Positions 9,939 to 19,654 of a DNA stretch of 64,000 bases are shown here, one piece after another. A program made the position numbers and the translations under genes. Within the stretch, counting starts at the first letter, position 1. Each line of letters starts with the position of its first letter. The DNA is from Gammaproteobacteria bacterium. GTDB taxonomy: Bacteria > Pseudomonadota > Gammaproteobacteria > Magnimaribacterales > AG-339-G14. The stretch is taken from NCBI GenBank assembly GCA_045564455.1, contig JBJLHG010000002.1, positions 319,106 to 383,105 on the forward strand, given 5' to 3'. The notes under the pieces were generated by a model, which was not told the origin of the DNA, ran no database searches, and saw nothing but the letters and a program-made list of their open reading frames with translations.

Positions 9939-9999
9939 TGTACTTTTATAGTGCATTAATTGTACTATTTTAGATCTTAAATTGCACTATATTAATGCA
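9939..9999. promoter_or_regulatory. Candidate NtrC-type palindromes (TGCAC-N7-GTGCA-like 17-mers) upstream of glnII
   Basis: TGTACTTTTATAGTGCA lies at 9939-9955 and TGCACTATATTAATGCA at 9983-9999, with an overlapping GTGCATTAATTGTAC at 9951-9965. Compare the enteric NtrC site TGCACCA-N3-TGGTGCA. I found no GG-N10-GC sigma-54 core. Confidence 0.25.
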
Positions 10000-10558
10000 A
10001 AAAATCTAATATTATAGGTAATTTAGACTCAAAGCCTAAATATTCATGTGAACCCTCGTAATCAATATTTAAGTTACCTTTAGCAAAGTATTTAATAGCT
10101 TCTTTTTGATCAAGAACTTCGTCATTAAGCTTAATAAAGCAAAAGTGATTCAAAGGATTTTTAAGTTTTTTTACTTTTAATAAAAGAAGATCACTAAACA
10201 TTTCTTTAGAAAATTCATATTTTTCATTTTTATGAAAGTTAACATGCTCTCCGATTAAAGTTTTCATATCTATCAAATGAGAGGGCACAACGGGGTTAAT
10301 AGTTACTGACTTAAGATTGTATTTTTCTGATAAAAAAGTTGCATATAAACCTCCTAAGGAACTTCCTAAAAGTGCAACTTTTTTAAAATTTTCAACAATT
10401 ATTTTTTCTATCTCTAAAATTGCTTTTTTTGGTGAATTTGGGAGATCGATTAAGACAATCTCAAAACCTAAACTTCTAACCAATTTAGATTTTTTTAAAA
10501 CCTGAGCTTTTGTAGACTTAGAAGAGGAGTTAAACCCGTGTAGGTATATAATTTTCAA
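9992..10558 (-). CDS. yqiA: Esterase YqiA (alpha/beta hydrolase)
   Basis: 188 aa. The start MKIIYLHGFNSSSKSTKAQ matches E. coli YqiA (LLYLHGFNSSPRSAKA). It has a GSSLGG nucleophile elbow and is adjacent to a yqiB-like gene, as in enterics. Confidence 0.8.
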   Translation of the reverse strand: MKIIYLHGFNSSSKSTKAQVLKKSKLVRSLGFEIVLIDLPNSPKKAILEIEKIIVENFKKVALLGSSLGGLYATFLSEKYNLKSVTINPVVPSHLIDMKTLIGEHVNFHKNEKYEFSKEMFSDLLLLKVKKLKNPLNHFCFIKLNDEVLDQKEAIKYFAKGNLNIDYEGSHEYLGFESKLPIILDFLH

Positions 10559-10976
10559 GCGATCTTCCAGAATTAATGCTGAGAGTTAAAAAATGACTCA
10601 AAAAGGAATTCCATTGAAATCTTTCGTCTTCAGTAAAGCCAAGTTTTTTATTGATTGGAAAAATTGAAATTAAACTATTATGAAAACCTCTAAATTTAAT
10701 AACTTCGGCCATTTTTGCCTCAAAATATAATCTTGTTTCAATTTCGATATCTTTGTCTAAAGAATAATCTTTAAAATGTATTTTTACATCGGAAGTAAAC
10801 TGAGAAACTTCATTTATAACAAATCTTATCTCAATTAATTTATTTTGTTCTGGAAGACCATACAGAAATTCATACTTTCCTTTTAATTCTGGTAATAATT
10901 TTAAAAATAATAAAAAGTTTTTTTCATAAGTAAAATGAAGTTCTTTTAAAGAAATATATTTTTGATTTGTTCTCAT
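10530..10976 (-). CDS. yqiB: DUF1249 protein (YqiB-like)
   Basis: 148 aa. The blocks YEKNFLLFLKLLP, TRLYFEAKMAEV and INKKLGFTEDERFQWNSFLSHFL parallel E. coli YqiB ([46 protein letters not shown]). 29-nt overlap with yqiA. Confidence 0.7.
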   Translation of the reverse strand: MRTNQKYISLKELHFTYEKNFLLFLKLLPELKGKYEFLYGLPEQNKLIEIRFVINEVSQFTSDVKIHFKDYSLDKDIEIETRLYFEAKMAEVIKFRGFHNSLISIFPINKKLGFTEDERFQWNSFLSHFLTLSINSGRSLENYIPTRV

Positions 10977-11012
10977 TAATATTAAGTCTACTCAGATAAG
11001 GATAATTTTCAA

Positions 11013-11645
11013 TTAGTCATAAGATGCCCATAGCACATTAGCTACTATCGATCTATAAGGTTTCCATGATTCTGCCAGCAAGAACATTTCCTTTTCATCA
11101 GGTCTTTTCTTTAATTTTTTAACTCCATGCAGAGCCGCTTGCAAACCTAAGTCCTTAACTGGCCATACATTTCTTCTTGATAAAGAAGCAAGCATGTAGC
11201 ACTCTGCAGTCCATTCTCCTATACCTTTAATCTCACATAGTCTCTTTTTTAAATTTTCGTCATCGAGTTTATGAAGAGATCTAAAATTTAGATCTCCTGA
11301 AATTATTTCGTTTGCAAGAATTCGACAGTAACTTATTTTAGGCCTACTTAATCCAGTCTTTTGAAGGTTTTCATCTGATAGATTTAAAAATTCTTCAGGA
11401 TTGAATTTAGTCAATAATTTTTTTATTCTCAAAAAAATAGCTTTAGCAGAAGCGACTGATAGTTGTTGTTCTGTAATTAGTTGCACTAAACCTTCAAAAC
11501 CTTTCGGTCTTTTAAATGATGAAAAATTAGAGTTTTCTATAAAAAGTTTTCTTAAATCTCTATCTCTTCTTGAAAGATAAAGTATTTCTTTCCTGCAAGG
11601 ATGATCTTTAAATAATTTTGAAAGGGAGATATTTTTTTGCTTCAT
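11013..11645 (-). CDS. DNA-3-methyladenine glycosylase II-like HhH-GPD base-excision enzyme (AlkA family, short form)
   Basis: 210 aa with the helix-hairpin-helix IKGIGEWTAECYML followed by WPVKDLGLQ, which carries the catalytic Asp context of AlkA-type glycosylases. Confidence 0.75.
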   Translation of the reverse strand: MKQKNISLSKLFKDHPCRKEILYLSRRDRDLRKLFIENSNFSSFKRPKGFEGLVQLITEQQLSVASAKAIFLRIKKLLTKFNPEEFLNLSDENLQKTGLSRPKISYCRILANEIISGDLNFRSLHKLDDENLKKRLCEIKGIGEWTAECYMLASLSRRNVWPVKDLGLQAALHGVKKLKKRPDEKEMFLLAESWKPYRSIVANVLWASYD

Positions 11646-12753
11646 TTACGTAATTTCTTATGTGAGATTCTTCTTTAATAACAAAGTCATCAATCGCTGT
11701 TCTAAATCTTTCATCTGCTATCCAATGAGCTGAGAAGGTTTCTGTGGGTTTAAATCCTCTTTTAATTTTATGCTCGCCCTGTACGCCAGGATCAAATTTT
11801 TTAAGGTTATTTTTTATGCAGTAGTCAATTCCTTGATAATAACAGCATTCAAAATGAAGGCAGTCATATTCCTTTAAACAGCCCCAATATCTTCCATATA
11901 AATTTTCTTTGTCTTTAAAAAAGAAAGAGCCGCCAACAATTTTGTTTGATAATTTCTCTGTTGCCATCATTAAAACTATATTTTTAGAAAGATATTTAAT
12001 AGCATCTTTAAAAAATTGTTCAGTTAGATAACCTTCATGACCGCTTCTTTTTAAATTAGTCGAAAGATAAAAAGCATAAAAATTATCCATTAAATTTTGA
12101 GTTAAATCAGCTCCAGAATAATGGTCAATCTGAAGATTTTGTTGAGATAGCTTCTCTCTCTCTTTTTTAACATTCTTTCTATGCCTTGCTCTAAAAAAAT
12201 TTAAGTAGTCATCAAAATCTTTATAATCTTCATTGAACCAAATGAATTGGGCATTTTTTCGAACACTTAAAGAACATTTCCGATATACGTCTAGCTCTAT
12301 CTCTTCCGGAAAAAGAATATGCCAAGAAGATATATTATTTGATTCTGCAACAGATTTAATGGCATCTATAATAATTGGCATCAGATCCTTTAAGTTGTAT
12401 TTTTTATCTATTAAAATTCTTGGCCCAGTAGCAGGTGTATGGGGTATTGAGCTTACTAATTTTGGATAATAATCTAAATTATGTTGATAGAAAGCATTTG
12501 CCCAAGAATGATCAAAAACAAACTCTCCTTGAGAATGGTTTTTTAAATAAAGAGGAATTGCGGCGATTATTTTACCTTTTTCTTCTAAAGTTAAATGCAT
12601 TGGGACCCAACCAGACTCTCTCCCAACTGAATTTGAAGATTCAAGTAGATTTAAAAAATCATACTTTAGAAATGGATACTCATTAGAAGGAATTAATTTA
12701 TCCCAATCATTTTTTTTTATTTCACTCAGTGATTTATTAAAGATTATTTTCAA
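11608..12753 (-). CDS. FemAB-like / DUF482 (COG3146) GNAT-fold protein of unknown function
   Basis: 381 aa. The overall pattern (..YPFL.Y.FL..LE.S.SV....GW.P.HL ... FD.SWA.AF ... YFE.CYYQGI.Y.I....FD.G.QGEHK..RGF.P) is typical of the DUF482 family. Confidence 0.65.
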   Translation of the reverse strand: MKIIFNKSLSEIKKNDWDKLIPSNEYPFLKYDFLNLLESSNSVGRESGWVPMHLTLEEKGKIIAAIPLYLKNHSQGEFVFDHSWANAFYQHNLDYYPKLVSSIPHTPATGPRILIDKKYNLKDLMPIIIDAIKSVAESNNISSWHILFPEEIELDVYRKCSLSVRKNAQFIWFNEDYKDFDDYLNFFRARHRKNVKKEREKLSQQNLQIDHYSGADLTQNLMDNFYAFYLSTNLKRSGHEGYLTEQFFKDAIKYLSKNIVLMMATEKLSNKIVGGSFFFKDKENLYGRYWGCLKEYDCLHFECCYYQGIDYCIKNNLKKFDPGVQGEHKIKRGFKPTETFSAHWIADERFRTAIDDFVIKEESHIRNYVNEAKKYLPFKII

Positions 12754-13605
12754 TTAATTTAAACCTGCAATTAAAGTAAGAAATAGAAGAACGCCTATCC
12801 AGTTATTTCTTTTAAAAAATTTTAAACAAGAATCTTCTTTTTTAAAGTCAGTAGAGTTAAACAAATAAATAACATATAAGCTTGTTATAAAAAAACCTAT
12901 ATAAAAAAAGAAATTTATTTCTTCTTCAAGGCCTAATAAAAAAACTATTAACATAAAGGATAAACTTCCTAACCTTATAATTATTTTTTCTTTTCCTTGA
13001 AAATATATAGCCGAACTTCCTATTCCAATGGAAAGATCGTCTCTTTTATCAGTCATTGCATAAGAAGTATCATAAGCGATTACCCATAAATAATTTCCTA
13101 TGAACAATAGAAAAGAAGAAGCGGGTAATTCATTCAAAGTAGCTGCATAAGCCATAGGAATTCCTCCAGAAAACGCTAAGCCTAGAATAAATTGCGGAAC
13201 TTTAAAAAAACGTTTGGCTAAAGGATAAAGAATTACAATTAAAATTAAGCAACTAGCTATTTGTAATGATTTTTCATTTAAAAAGAGTAAGAGTAAAAAA
13301 GACATGAAGATTAATAAAATAAACAAAACCAGAGCTTCTTTATTAGATACTAAGCCAGCAGCAATCGGTCTCATGCTAGTTCTCAATACTCTTTTGTCAA
13401 AGTCTTGATCAAAGTAATCATTGATAACGCAACCAGCAGACCTCATGAACAGAGTACCTAAACAAAATATAATTAGGAGATCAGTTTTAATTAAACCATC
13501 ACCAGCGAATAACAAGGCAATTAAGGTTGGCCATAGTAGTAAAAAAGTTCCAATGGGTCTATCAAGCCTTGTTAAATAATAATAGTTTTTTATAGAATTG
13601 ATCAC
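12754..13605 (-). CDS. ubiA: 4-hydroxybenzoate polyprenyltransferase UbiA
   Basis: 283 aa polytopic membrane protein with the UbiA prenyltransferase Asp-rich motif NDYFDQDFD and a second one, YAMTDKRDD. Confidence 0.88.
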   Translation of the reverse strand: MINSIKNYYYLTRLDRPIGTFLLLWPTLIALLFAGDGLIKTDLLIIFCLGTLFMRSAGCVINDYFDQDFDKRVLRTSMRPIAAGLVSNKEALVLFILLIFMSFLLLLFLNEKSLQIASCLILIVILYPLAKRFFKVPQFILGLAFSGGIPMAYAATLNELPASSFLLFIGNYLWVIAYDTSYAMTDKRDDLSIGIGSSAIYFQGKEKIIIRLGSLSFMLIVFLLGLEEEINFFFYIGFFITSLYVIYLFNSTDFKKEDSCLKFFKRNNWIGVLLFLTLIAGLN

Positions 13606-13649
13606 AGTGTTATATAATTTTGAAACAATAGCTTACCAAGAATTACATT

Positions 13650-13841
13650 ATGGAAGAATATAAGAAATGGGAATGTATCGTGTGTGGATGGATATACGAT
13701 GAAGAAGAAGGATTGCCTGAAGAAGGAATTGAACCTGGAACGAAATGGGAAGATGTTCCAGTTGATTGGGTTTGTCCTGATTGTGGAGTGGGAAAAGAAG
13801 ACTTTGATATGATCCCTCTTGAGGGTGGAAAAAGTTACTAA
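13650..13841 (+). CDS. Rubredoxin
   Basis: 63 aa with WECIVCGWIYDE...WVCPDCGVGKEDF, i.e. both CxxCG / CPxCG iron-binding knuckles. Confidence 0.92.
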   Translation: MEEYKKWECIVCGWIYDEEEGLPEEGIEPGTKWEDVPVDWVCPDCGVGKEDFDMIPLEGGKSY

Positions 13842-13846
13842 AAATT

Positions 13847-15100
13847 ATGTCTTTTACATCCAAGATTTTATTAGCAATGTTATTAGGCATATCGCTTGGG
13901 GGTCTATTAAACAGCTTTGAAAGCTTTGCCTTTGCAGATTTCTTTTTTAATTTCTTAGTCTTTGGTCTTTTTGATGGAATTGGACAGATATTTATAAACT
14001 CTCTTAAGTTGTTAGTTGTTCCATTAGTTTTTGTTTCTTTAGTATGTGGTGTAGGACAAGTAAATTCAGGTTCTCAGTTAGGAGCTATAAGCTTAAAAGC
14101 TATATCTCTTTATATAATGACAACTGCATTTGCTATTTTTAGCGCTTTATTAATTGCATCTTTTTTTAATCCTGGCTCAGGTATTAATATTGAAGGTGCT
14201 AATTCTTTTGTAGCCCCAGAAGCTCCTTCCTTAAAAGATACTTTTGTAAATATTTTTCCCTCCAATCCAATTAATTCAATGGCTGAAGGAAATATGTTGC
14301 AAATTATAGTTTTTGCTCTCTTGTTTGGTTTTGGATTATTGAAAGTAGGAGAGTCAGGAAAGAAGATAAGAGTTTTTTTTGATGATCTTTATAAAATAAT
14401 TCTTGAAATTGTCAAAGTTATTATCTGGATATCTCCTTTAGGAGTTTTTTGTTTGTTATTCAATATTTTCGCTTCTTTAGGTATAAGTATTATTTTAGAT
14501 TTAATAAATTATTTTTTAGTTTTATCTTCAATTCTAATTTTTCACGCTTTATTTACTTATAGTTTTTTACTCTCAAGTCTGGGGAAATTAAATCCTTATA
14601 TATTTTTTACTAAAATGCGCGAAACAATGTTGTTTGCTTTTAGTACTTCATCTAGCAGCGCAACAATGCCAATCACTTTAAAAACTGTTGAAGAAAAGTT
14701 AGGTGTTGGAAAATCTATAAGTTCTTTCTGTATACCCTTAGGCACAACCATAAATATGGATGGAACTGCAATAATGCAAGGAGTTGCGACAGTATTCATA
14801 GCACAAGCATATGCAATTGATTTAACTTTAGTTGAATATTTAATGGTGATACTTACAGCTACTTTGGCTTCTATCGGAACTGCTGGAGTACCTGGAGTTG
14901 GTCTGATAATGCTTGCAATGGTTCTTCAACAAGTTGGATTGCCTGTTGAGGGTATAGCCTTAATTATCGGAGTAGATAGATTATTGGATATGTTGAGAAC
15001 AGCAATAAACGTTTCAGGAGATGCCATGGTTGCCTGTGTTGTTGCAAAGTCAGAAGGTCAGCTAGATGAAATTATTTTTAATGAAAATACTAAAAGTTAA
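13847..15100 (+). CDS. Dicarboxylate/amino acid:cation symporter (DAACS family, GltP/GltT-like)
   Basis: 417 aa multi-TM protein with the DAACS signatures SSSSATMP, MDGTA and GVPG. Starts 5 nt after the rubredoxin stop. Confidence 0.85.
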   Translation: MSFTSKILLAMLLGISLGGLLNSFESFAFADFFFNFLVFGLFDGIGQIFINSLKLLVVPLVFVSLVCGVGQVNSGSQLGAISLKAISLYIMTTAFAIFSALLIASFFNPGSGINIEGANSFVAPEAPSLKDTFVNIFPSNPINSMAEGNMLQIIVFALLFGFGLLKVGESGKKIRVFFDDLYKIILEIVKVIIWISPLGVFCLLFNIFASLGISIILDLINYFLVLSSILIFHALFTYSFLLSSLGKLNPYIFFTKMRETMLFAFSTSSSSATMPITLKTVEEKLGVGKSISSFCIPLGTTINMDGTAIMQGVATVFIAQAYAIDLTLVEYLMVILTATLASIGTAGVPGVGLIMLAMVLQQVGLPVEGIALIIGVDRLLDMLRTAINVSGDAMVACVVAKSEGQLDEIIFNENTKS

Positions 15101-15156
15101 TATATGAAATTGACTATATTTTCTGTTAAATTAGCCTTCTTTTAAGGAGAAATTTT

Positions 15157-17142
15157 ATGGAATCGATGTTATTTATTCCTCCAGTATTTGGAGTGGTAGG
15201 TTTACTAGTTGCACTTTGCATTTACTTTTTAGTCCTTCAATATGACGAAGGAACGGATAAAGTAAAAAAAATAGCCGATCAAATACATTTAGGTGCGATG
15301 GTATTCATGCGTCGAGAATATACATATTTATTCTACTTTGTATCTGTTTTGATCGTACTCTCTTACTTTGCTCTTGGTGCAAATACCGCTATTGCAGTTA
15401 CTTCAGGAGCTATTTCATCTGCATTGGCTGGTTGGCTAGGAATGTTTTCTGCCACGAAAGCAAACTCTAGAACTGCTACTGCAGCAGCAGATCACGGTGC
15501 CAAAACTGCATTATCAGTAGCTTTTTATGGCGGTTCTATTATGGGTTTATGTGTAGCATCTCTTGGGTTGGTTGGCTTAGGAGGTCTTTATTTTTATTTC
15601 GGAGGAAATCCTGATACTGCTAGATCCATTGAAGGATTTGGAATGGGAGCCTCTTGCGTAGCTTTATTCTCAAGAGTTGGAGGAGGAATTTTCACTAAAA
15701 GTGCTGATGTTGGAGCAGACTTAGTTGGAAAGATTGAAGCAGGAATTCCTGAAGATGATCCCAGAAATCCAGGAGTGATTGCTGATAACGTAGGAGATAA
15801 CGTAGGTGATGTTGCTGGTATGGGCTCAGATATATTCGAATCATATTGTGGGGCAATGATTGCATCTATAGCAATTGCAGCAACTCTTGATGATTCTGGC
15901 AGAATGCTTTTACCGCTTGCTCTTGCATCAATAGGTCTAATCTCTTCTATTTTAGGAATTTTTATTGTTAAAGCAGTTTCTTCCCTAGATGCAGCAACTG
16001 CATTAAGAACAGGAACGATAGGATCAGCAGTTTTATTCATAATTGCAGCTTATTTCTTAACTCAAACTATGCTTGGAGCAGAAGGGTTAAATGTTTGGCT
16101 CGCTGTTTTAACAGGAGCTGTAGGAGGAGTATTAATAGGTTTGATAACTGAATACTATACTGGCAGTAAACCTGTAGAAGACATTGCTAAATCGGGAGAG
16201 ACTGGACCTGCGACAGTTATGATCACTGGTCTTGCTGTAGGTATGCAATCCGTTGTTTTGCCTATCTTAGTTTTAGCTTCAATCATTTGGATATCAACTT
16301 CACTGACTGGCCTTTATGGAGTAGGGATTGCCGCTGTTGGAATGCTAGCAACAGTAGGTATAACTATGGCAATAGATGCTTATGGACCGGTTGCTGATAA
16401 TGCTGGGGGAATAGCGGAAATGGCAGCAATGGGACCTGAAACAAGAGAGATTACTGATTCTTTGGATGAGGTCGGTAATTCTACTGCAGCCATTGGTAAG
16501 GGTTTTGCAATAGGTGCTGCAGCATTAGCTGCTTTAGCTATTATTGCTGCATTTGTTGAAACAGTAGCTCATAGTAGAGGTGGAGAATTTGTTCTACTTC
16601 TTTCAGATCCTAAAGTGCTAGTAGGAATGTTTATTGGAATTTCAATACCTTTCCTTATTTCATCTATAACCATGACAGCAGTGGGAGATGCAGCGTTTGA
16701 AATGATCAATGAAATTAGAAGACAGTTTAGAGAAATTCCTGGTTTGCTTGAAGGAAATGCAGAACCAGATACTGCTAAATGTGTAGACATAGCAACTTCA
16801 GCAGCATTAAAGAAAATGTTGCTTCCAGGGGTTATAGCAGTCGGAGCTCCGGCAGTTGTAGGTTTTGGTTTAGGAGCAGAATCTCTTGGAGGAATGCTAG
16901 GAGGCGGGCTTGTAGGATGTGTTTCTATGGCATTAATGATGGCAAATGCTGGAGGCGCTTGGGACAATGCTAAAAAGTATATAGAAAAAGGAAATCTTGG
17001 TGGTAAAGGAACAGATACTCATGCTGCCGCTGTAGTAGGAGATACTGTTGGAGATCCATTTAAAGATACTTCTGGCCCGGCCATGAATATCCTAATCAAT
17101 GTAATGGCTATAGTAAGCTTAGTGATATCCCCTTTGCTTTAA
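15157..17142 (+). CDS. hppA: Membrane-integral pyrophosphate-energised cation pump (M-PPase), K+-dependent subfamily signature
   Basis: 661 aa with [35 protein letters not shown] and [21 protein letters not shown] lies upstream. Confidence 0.93.
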   Translation: MESMLFIPPVFGVVGLLVALCIYFLVLQYDEGTDKVKKIADQIHLGAMVFMRREYTYLFYFVSVLIVLSYFALGANTAIAVTSGAISSALAGWLGMFSATKANSRTATAAADHGAKTALSVAFYGGSIMGLCVASLGLVGLGGLYFYFGGNPDTARSIEGFGMGASCVALFSRVGGGIFTKSADVGADLVGKIEAGIPEDDPRNPGVIADNVGDNVGDVAGMGSDIFESYCGAMIASIAIAATLDDSGRMLLPLALASIGLISSILGIFIVKAVSSLDAATALRTGTIGSAVLFIIAAYFLTQTMLGAEGLNVWLAVLTGAVGGVLIGLITEYYTGSKPVEDIAKSGETGPATVMITGLAVGMQSVVLPILVLASIIWISTSLTGLYGVGIAAVGMLATVGITMAIDAYGPVADNAGGIAEMAAMGPETREITDSLDEVGNSTAAIGKGFAIGAAALAALAIIAAFVETVAHSRGGEFVLLLSDPKVLVGMFIGISIPFLISSITMTAVGDAAFEMINEIRRQFREIPGLLEGNAEPDTAKCVDIATSAALKKMLLPGVIAVGAPAVVGFGLGAESLGGMLGGGLVGCVSMALMMANAGGAWDNAKKYIEKGNLGGKGTDTHAAAVVGDTVGDPFKDTSGPAMNILINVMAIVSLVISPLL

Positions 17143-17156
17143 AGCTAATCAAACTT

Positions 17157-17188
17157 AAAAAAACCGGCTTTTAGAAGTCGGTTTTTTT
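17157..17188. terminator. Bidirectional rho-independent terminator between convergent hppA and recG
   Basis: AAAAAAACCG-gcttttagaagt-CGGTTTTTTT forms a short GC core with A-run and T-run flanks, so it reads as a stem plus U-tract on either strand. It overlaps the recG stop codon. Confidence 0.55.
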
Positions 17189-19277
17189 ACTGAGCAGCAA
17201 TTAAATTTTGTTTTTTACCGACCCACCTACTCATTAAAATATCAATTTCTATAGGCTGAGCAGAAATTATATTTGCCAATTCTTGAGCTTTTTCAAGAAG
17301 ATGAGCATCTCTAATTAAATCAGCAATTTTTAACTCCATTCCTCCTGATTGTTTTGTACCAAGAATTTCTCCAGACCCTCTTAACTGCATATCTATCTCA
17401 GATATTTCAAATCCATCATTAGTTTTTTTCATAGCTGCCATTCTTGCTTCCGCTATTTCTCCAAGGCTTCCTTGATACAAAAGAACGCAATACGCATTCA
17501 TATTTGGACCTCTTCCAACTCTTCCTCGTAGCTGATGCAATTGTGAAAGTCCAAGTCGTTCTGCATTTTCAATTATCATTAAACTTGCATTTGGTACATC
17601 CATTCCAACTTCGATTACGGTAGTACAAACCAAAACGTTAGTTTCTCCTTTTCTAAAGTTTTCAATGGCTAAATCTTTTTCTAACTTATTAAGTTTGCTG
17701 TGAACTAATCCAATTTTTAAATTCTTGCTTTTATTTTCAATCCATTCTTTTGCTGATTCAGCAGCTTGGACATCTAAACTCTCTGATTCTTCAATCATTG
17801 TACAAAGCCAAAAAGCTTGATTACCGTCTTTACAAATTATTTCTAAGCGTTCAATGAGATCGTCTCGTCTATCATTACTCATTACTGAAGTTATTACAGG
17901 ATTTCTTCCTGGAGGCATTTCATCTATTTTAGAAACACTAAGATCTGCAAATATAGTCATTGCCAAAGTTCTAGGTATTGGAGTTGCCGTCATAAATAAT
18001 TGATGAGGCAAAAGATTTGCTTTAGTCTTTTGAAGCATTTCATACCTTTGTTTTACTCCAAACCTCTGTTGTTCATCTACAACAACTAAAGAAAGATTTT
18101 TCATAGATACTCTATCTTGAAAGATTGAATGAGTGCCAATTAATATTTTAGTTTCACCAGACTTAAGGTTTTTGTTAATAGTCTCCCATTCTTTCTTTTT
18201 TGTTTTTCCAGTTAAAAGTTCAATCTTTATATTTTCTTTAGCAAACCAGTTTAAAAAATTTTTAAAATGCTGTTCAGCTAAAACCTCTGTAGGACATAAA
18301 AGGACAGACTGTAAATTTTTTTTTGCACATGCGAGCATCGTTCCGGCAGCTACAACCGTCTTTCCAGAACCAACATCTCCTTGAACCAATCTTCTCATTG
18401 GTTTAGTTTGCTTAAGATCGTTTAGAATTTCAGTTATAACTTTGTCCTGAGCATCGGTAAGTGAAAAAGGTAATTTATTCTTAAATTCTTTTAATGTTTC
18501 AGATGAACTATCAATTTCAGGAGCAATCATTTTATCAATTTTATCTGTAGATATTTTTACGCCTATTAAATTTGTAACCAATTCTTCAATAATTAATCTT
18601 TTCTGAGCTGGATGTTCAAAATTCTTTATTTTTAAAATATCATCTTCAACTGAGGGATTATGAATAATTTTTAAAGCTTCTTTTATGTTGAGATTAGATA
18701 TTTTATTTTTTGAAAAAATATTATCAATTTCTTCTTCTTCTAAATTAGATTCATCAATTTTTTTTAAGCAATTTGATATAACTGTCCTTAATCTATATTG
18801 GGTAATCTTATTTGATCCTATCGAATATATTGGCGTTAGAGTGTCATCTAAAGGAGGTCTGAATTTTGAATTAAAAACTTTATAACTTGGATGAATTACT
18901 TCTAATTTGTTTCCTGAATTTCTTATTACTCCATAAATTCTTACAGATAAGCCTTTTTCAAAGGATTTGGCTTGAGCTTGAGAAAAGAAGAATAATCTAA
19001 TTTGAAGATATCCTGTTCCATCAGTAATTTTTGCATAAAAAGATCTTCTTCCTGGAAAATATATTTTACTTTCAATAATTTCGCCTTCTATTTGAAAAGC
19101 TTGACCAGGAATGATGTCTTTAATTAGCGTTAGCTTTGTTCGATTTTCATAATTCCTTGGAAGCATAAAAAGAGCATCTTCTACATATTTTATTCCTAAT
19201 TTTTCAAGCTGCTCTTTGATCTTAGGACCAACTCCTTTTATATTTTCAATAGGAGCTTTTAAAGAGTTAGTTGTCAC
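17187..19277 (-). CDS. recG: ATP-dependent DNA helicase RecG
   Basis: 696 aa with a wedge domain plus SF2 helicase motifs (GDVGSGKT, DEQQRFG, TATPIPRT, QLHQLRGRVGRG). Confidence 0.93.
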   Translation of the reverse strand: MTTNSLKAPIENIKGVGPKIKEQLEKLGIKYVEDALFMLPRNYENRTKLTLIKDIIPGQAFQIEGEIIESKIYFPGRRSFYAKITDGTGYLQIRLFFFSQAQAKSFEKGLSVRIYGVIRNSGNKLEVIHPSYKVFNSKFRPPLDDTLTPIYSIGSNKITQYRLRTVISNCLKKIDESNLEEEEIDNIFSKNKISNLNIKEALKIIHNPSVEDDILKIKNFEHPAQKRLIIEELVTNLIGVKISTDKIDKMIAPEIDSSSETLKEFKNKLPFSLTDAQDKVITEILNDLKQTKPMRRLVQGDVGSGKTVVAAGTMLACAKKNLQSVLLCPTEVLAEQHFKNFLNWFAKENIKIELLTGKTKKKEWETINKNLKSGETKILIGTHSIFQDRVSMKNLSLVVVDEQQRFGVKQRYEMLQKTKANLLPHQLFMTATPIPRTLAMTIFADLSVSKIDEMPPGRNPVITSVMSNDRRDDLIERLEIICKDGNQAFWLCTMIEESESLDVQAAESAKEWIENKSKNLKIGLVHSKLNKLEKDLAIENFRKGETNVLVCTTVIEVGMDVPNASLMIIENAERLGLSQLHQLRGRVGRGPNMNAYCVLLYQGSLGEIAEARMAAMKKTNDGFEISEIDMQLRGSGEILGTKQSGGMELKIADLIRDAHLLEKAQELANIISAQPIEIDILMSRWVGKKQNLIAAQ

Positions 19278-19653
19278 TATCTTTAAAAGCTATAGTTTCT
19301 ATTTCAATAGAACTATTTTTAGGTAGCTTAGAAACTTCATAAGCTGCTCTAGCAGGATAAGGCTCTATGAAGATTTCTGACATTATTTCATTTACTAACG
19401 AAAAATTTTCTAAATCGTCTAGTAGAATATTTAATTTAATAATATTAGAAAAATCCATTTCTGCTTCTTTTAAGATTGCAGATATATTTTGAAAAACTTT
19501 TCTTATTTGATTATCAACTCCTTCTACTAATTTCATAGAAGATGGTTCAAGAGGTATTTGTCCGGATATATACAAAAATTTATCAGCTAAAACTGCTTGC
19601 GAATATGTTCCGATAGCTGAAGGGGCATCAGAAGAGTTAATTATTTTTTTCAT
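19267..19653 (-). CDS. ridA: RidA/YjgF-family reactive enamine/imine deaminase
   Basis: 128 aa with GTYSQAV..LYISGQIP and PARAAYEVSKLP, typical of the YjgF/RidA family. Lies between spoT and recG, as in Pseudomonas. Confidence 0.85.
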   Translation of the reverse strand: MKKIINSSDAPSAIGTYSQAVLADKFLYISGQIPLEPSSMKLVEGVDNQIRKVFQNISAILKEAEMDFSNIIKLNILLDDLENFSLVNEIMSEIFIEPYPARAAYEVSKLPKNSSIEIETIAFKDSDN

Positions 19654-19654
19654 A

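Noticed and set aside
13648-13890. 80-aa minus-strand ORF covering the rubredoxin gene.
   Set aside because: The plus-strand frame encodes a perfect rubredoxin with both CxxC knuckles. The antisense ORF has no recognisable features and no RBS.
15594-16973. Long antisense or alternative-frame ORFs inside hppA (15594-16040 minus, 16569-16967 minus, 16779-16973 plus).
   Set aside because: Their translations are low-complexity Ala/Pro/Ser/Ile strings with no motifs. They arise because the Gly/Ala/Val-rich, locally G+C-richer hppA coding frame suppresses stop codons on the other frames. hppA itself is unambiguous.
8887-17142. Possible horizontal acquisition of glnII, glnA and hppA, based on visibly higher G+C than the surroundings.
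   Set aside because: The higher G+C tracks with highly conserved, Gly/Ala-rich and probably highly expressed proteins, rpoD among them, rather than with an island boundary. There are no flanking repeats, integrase or tRNA junction. I cannot compute composition statistics here.
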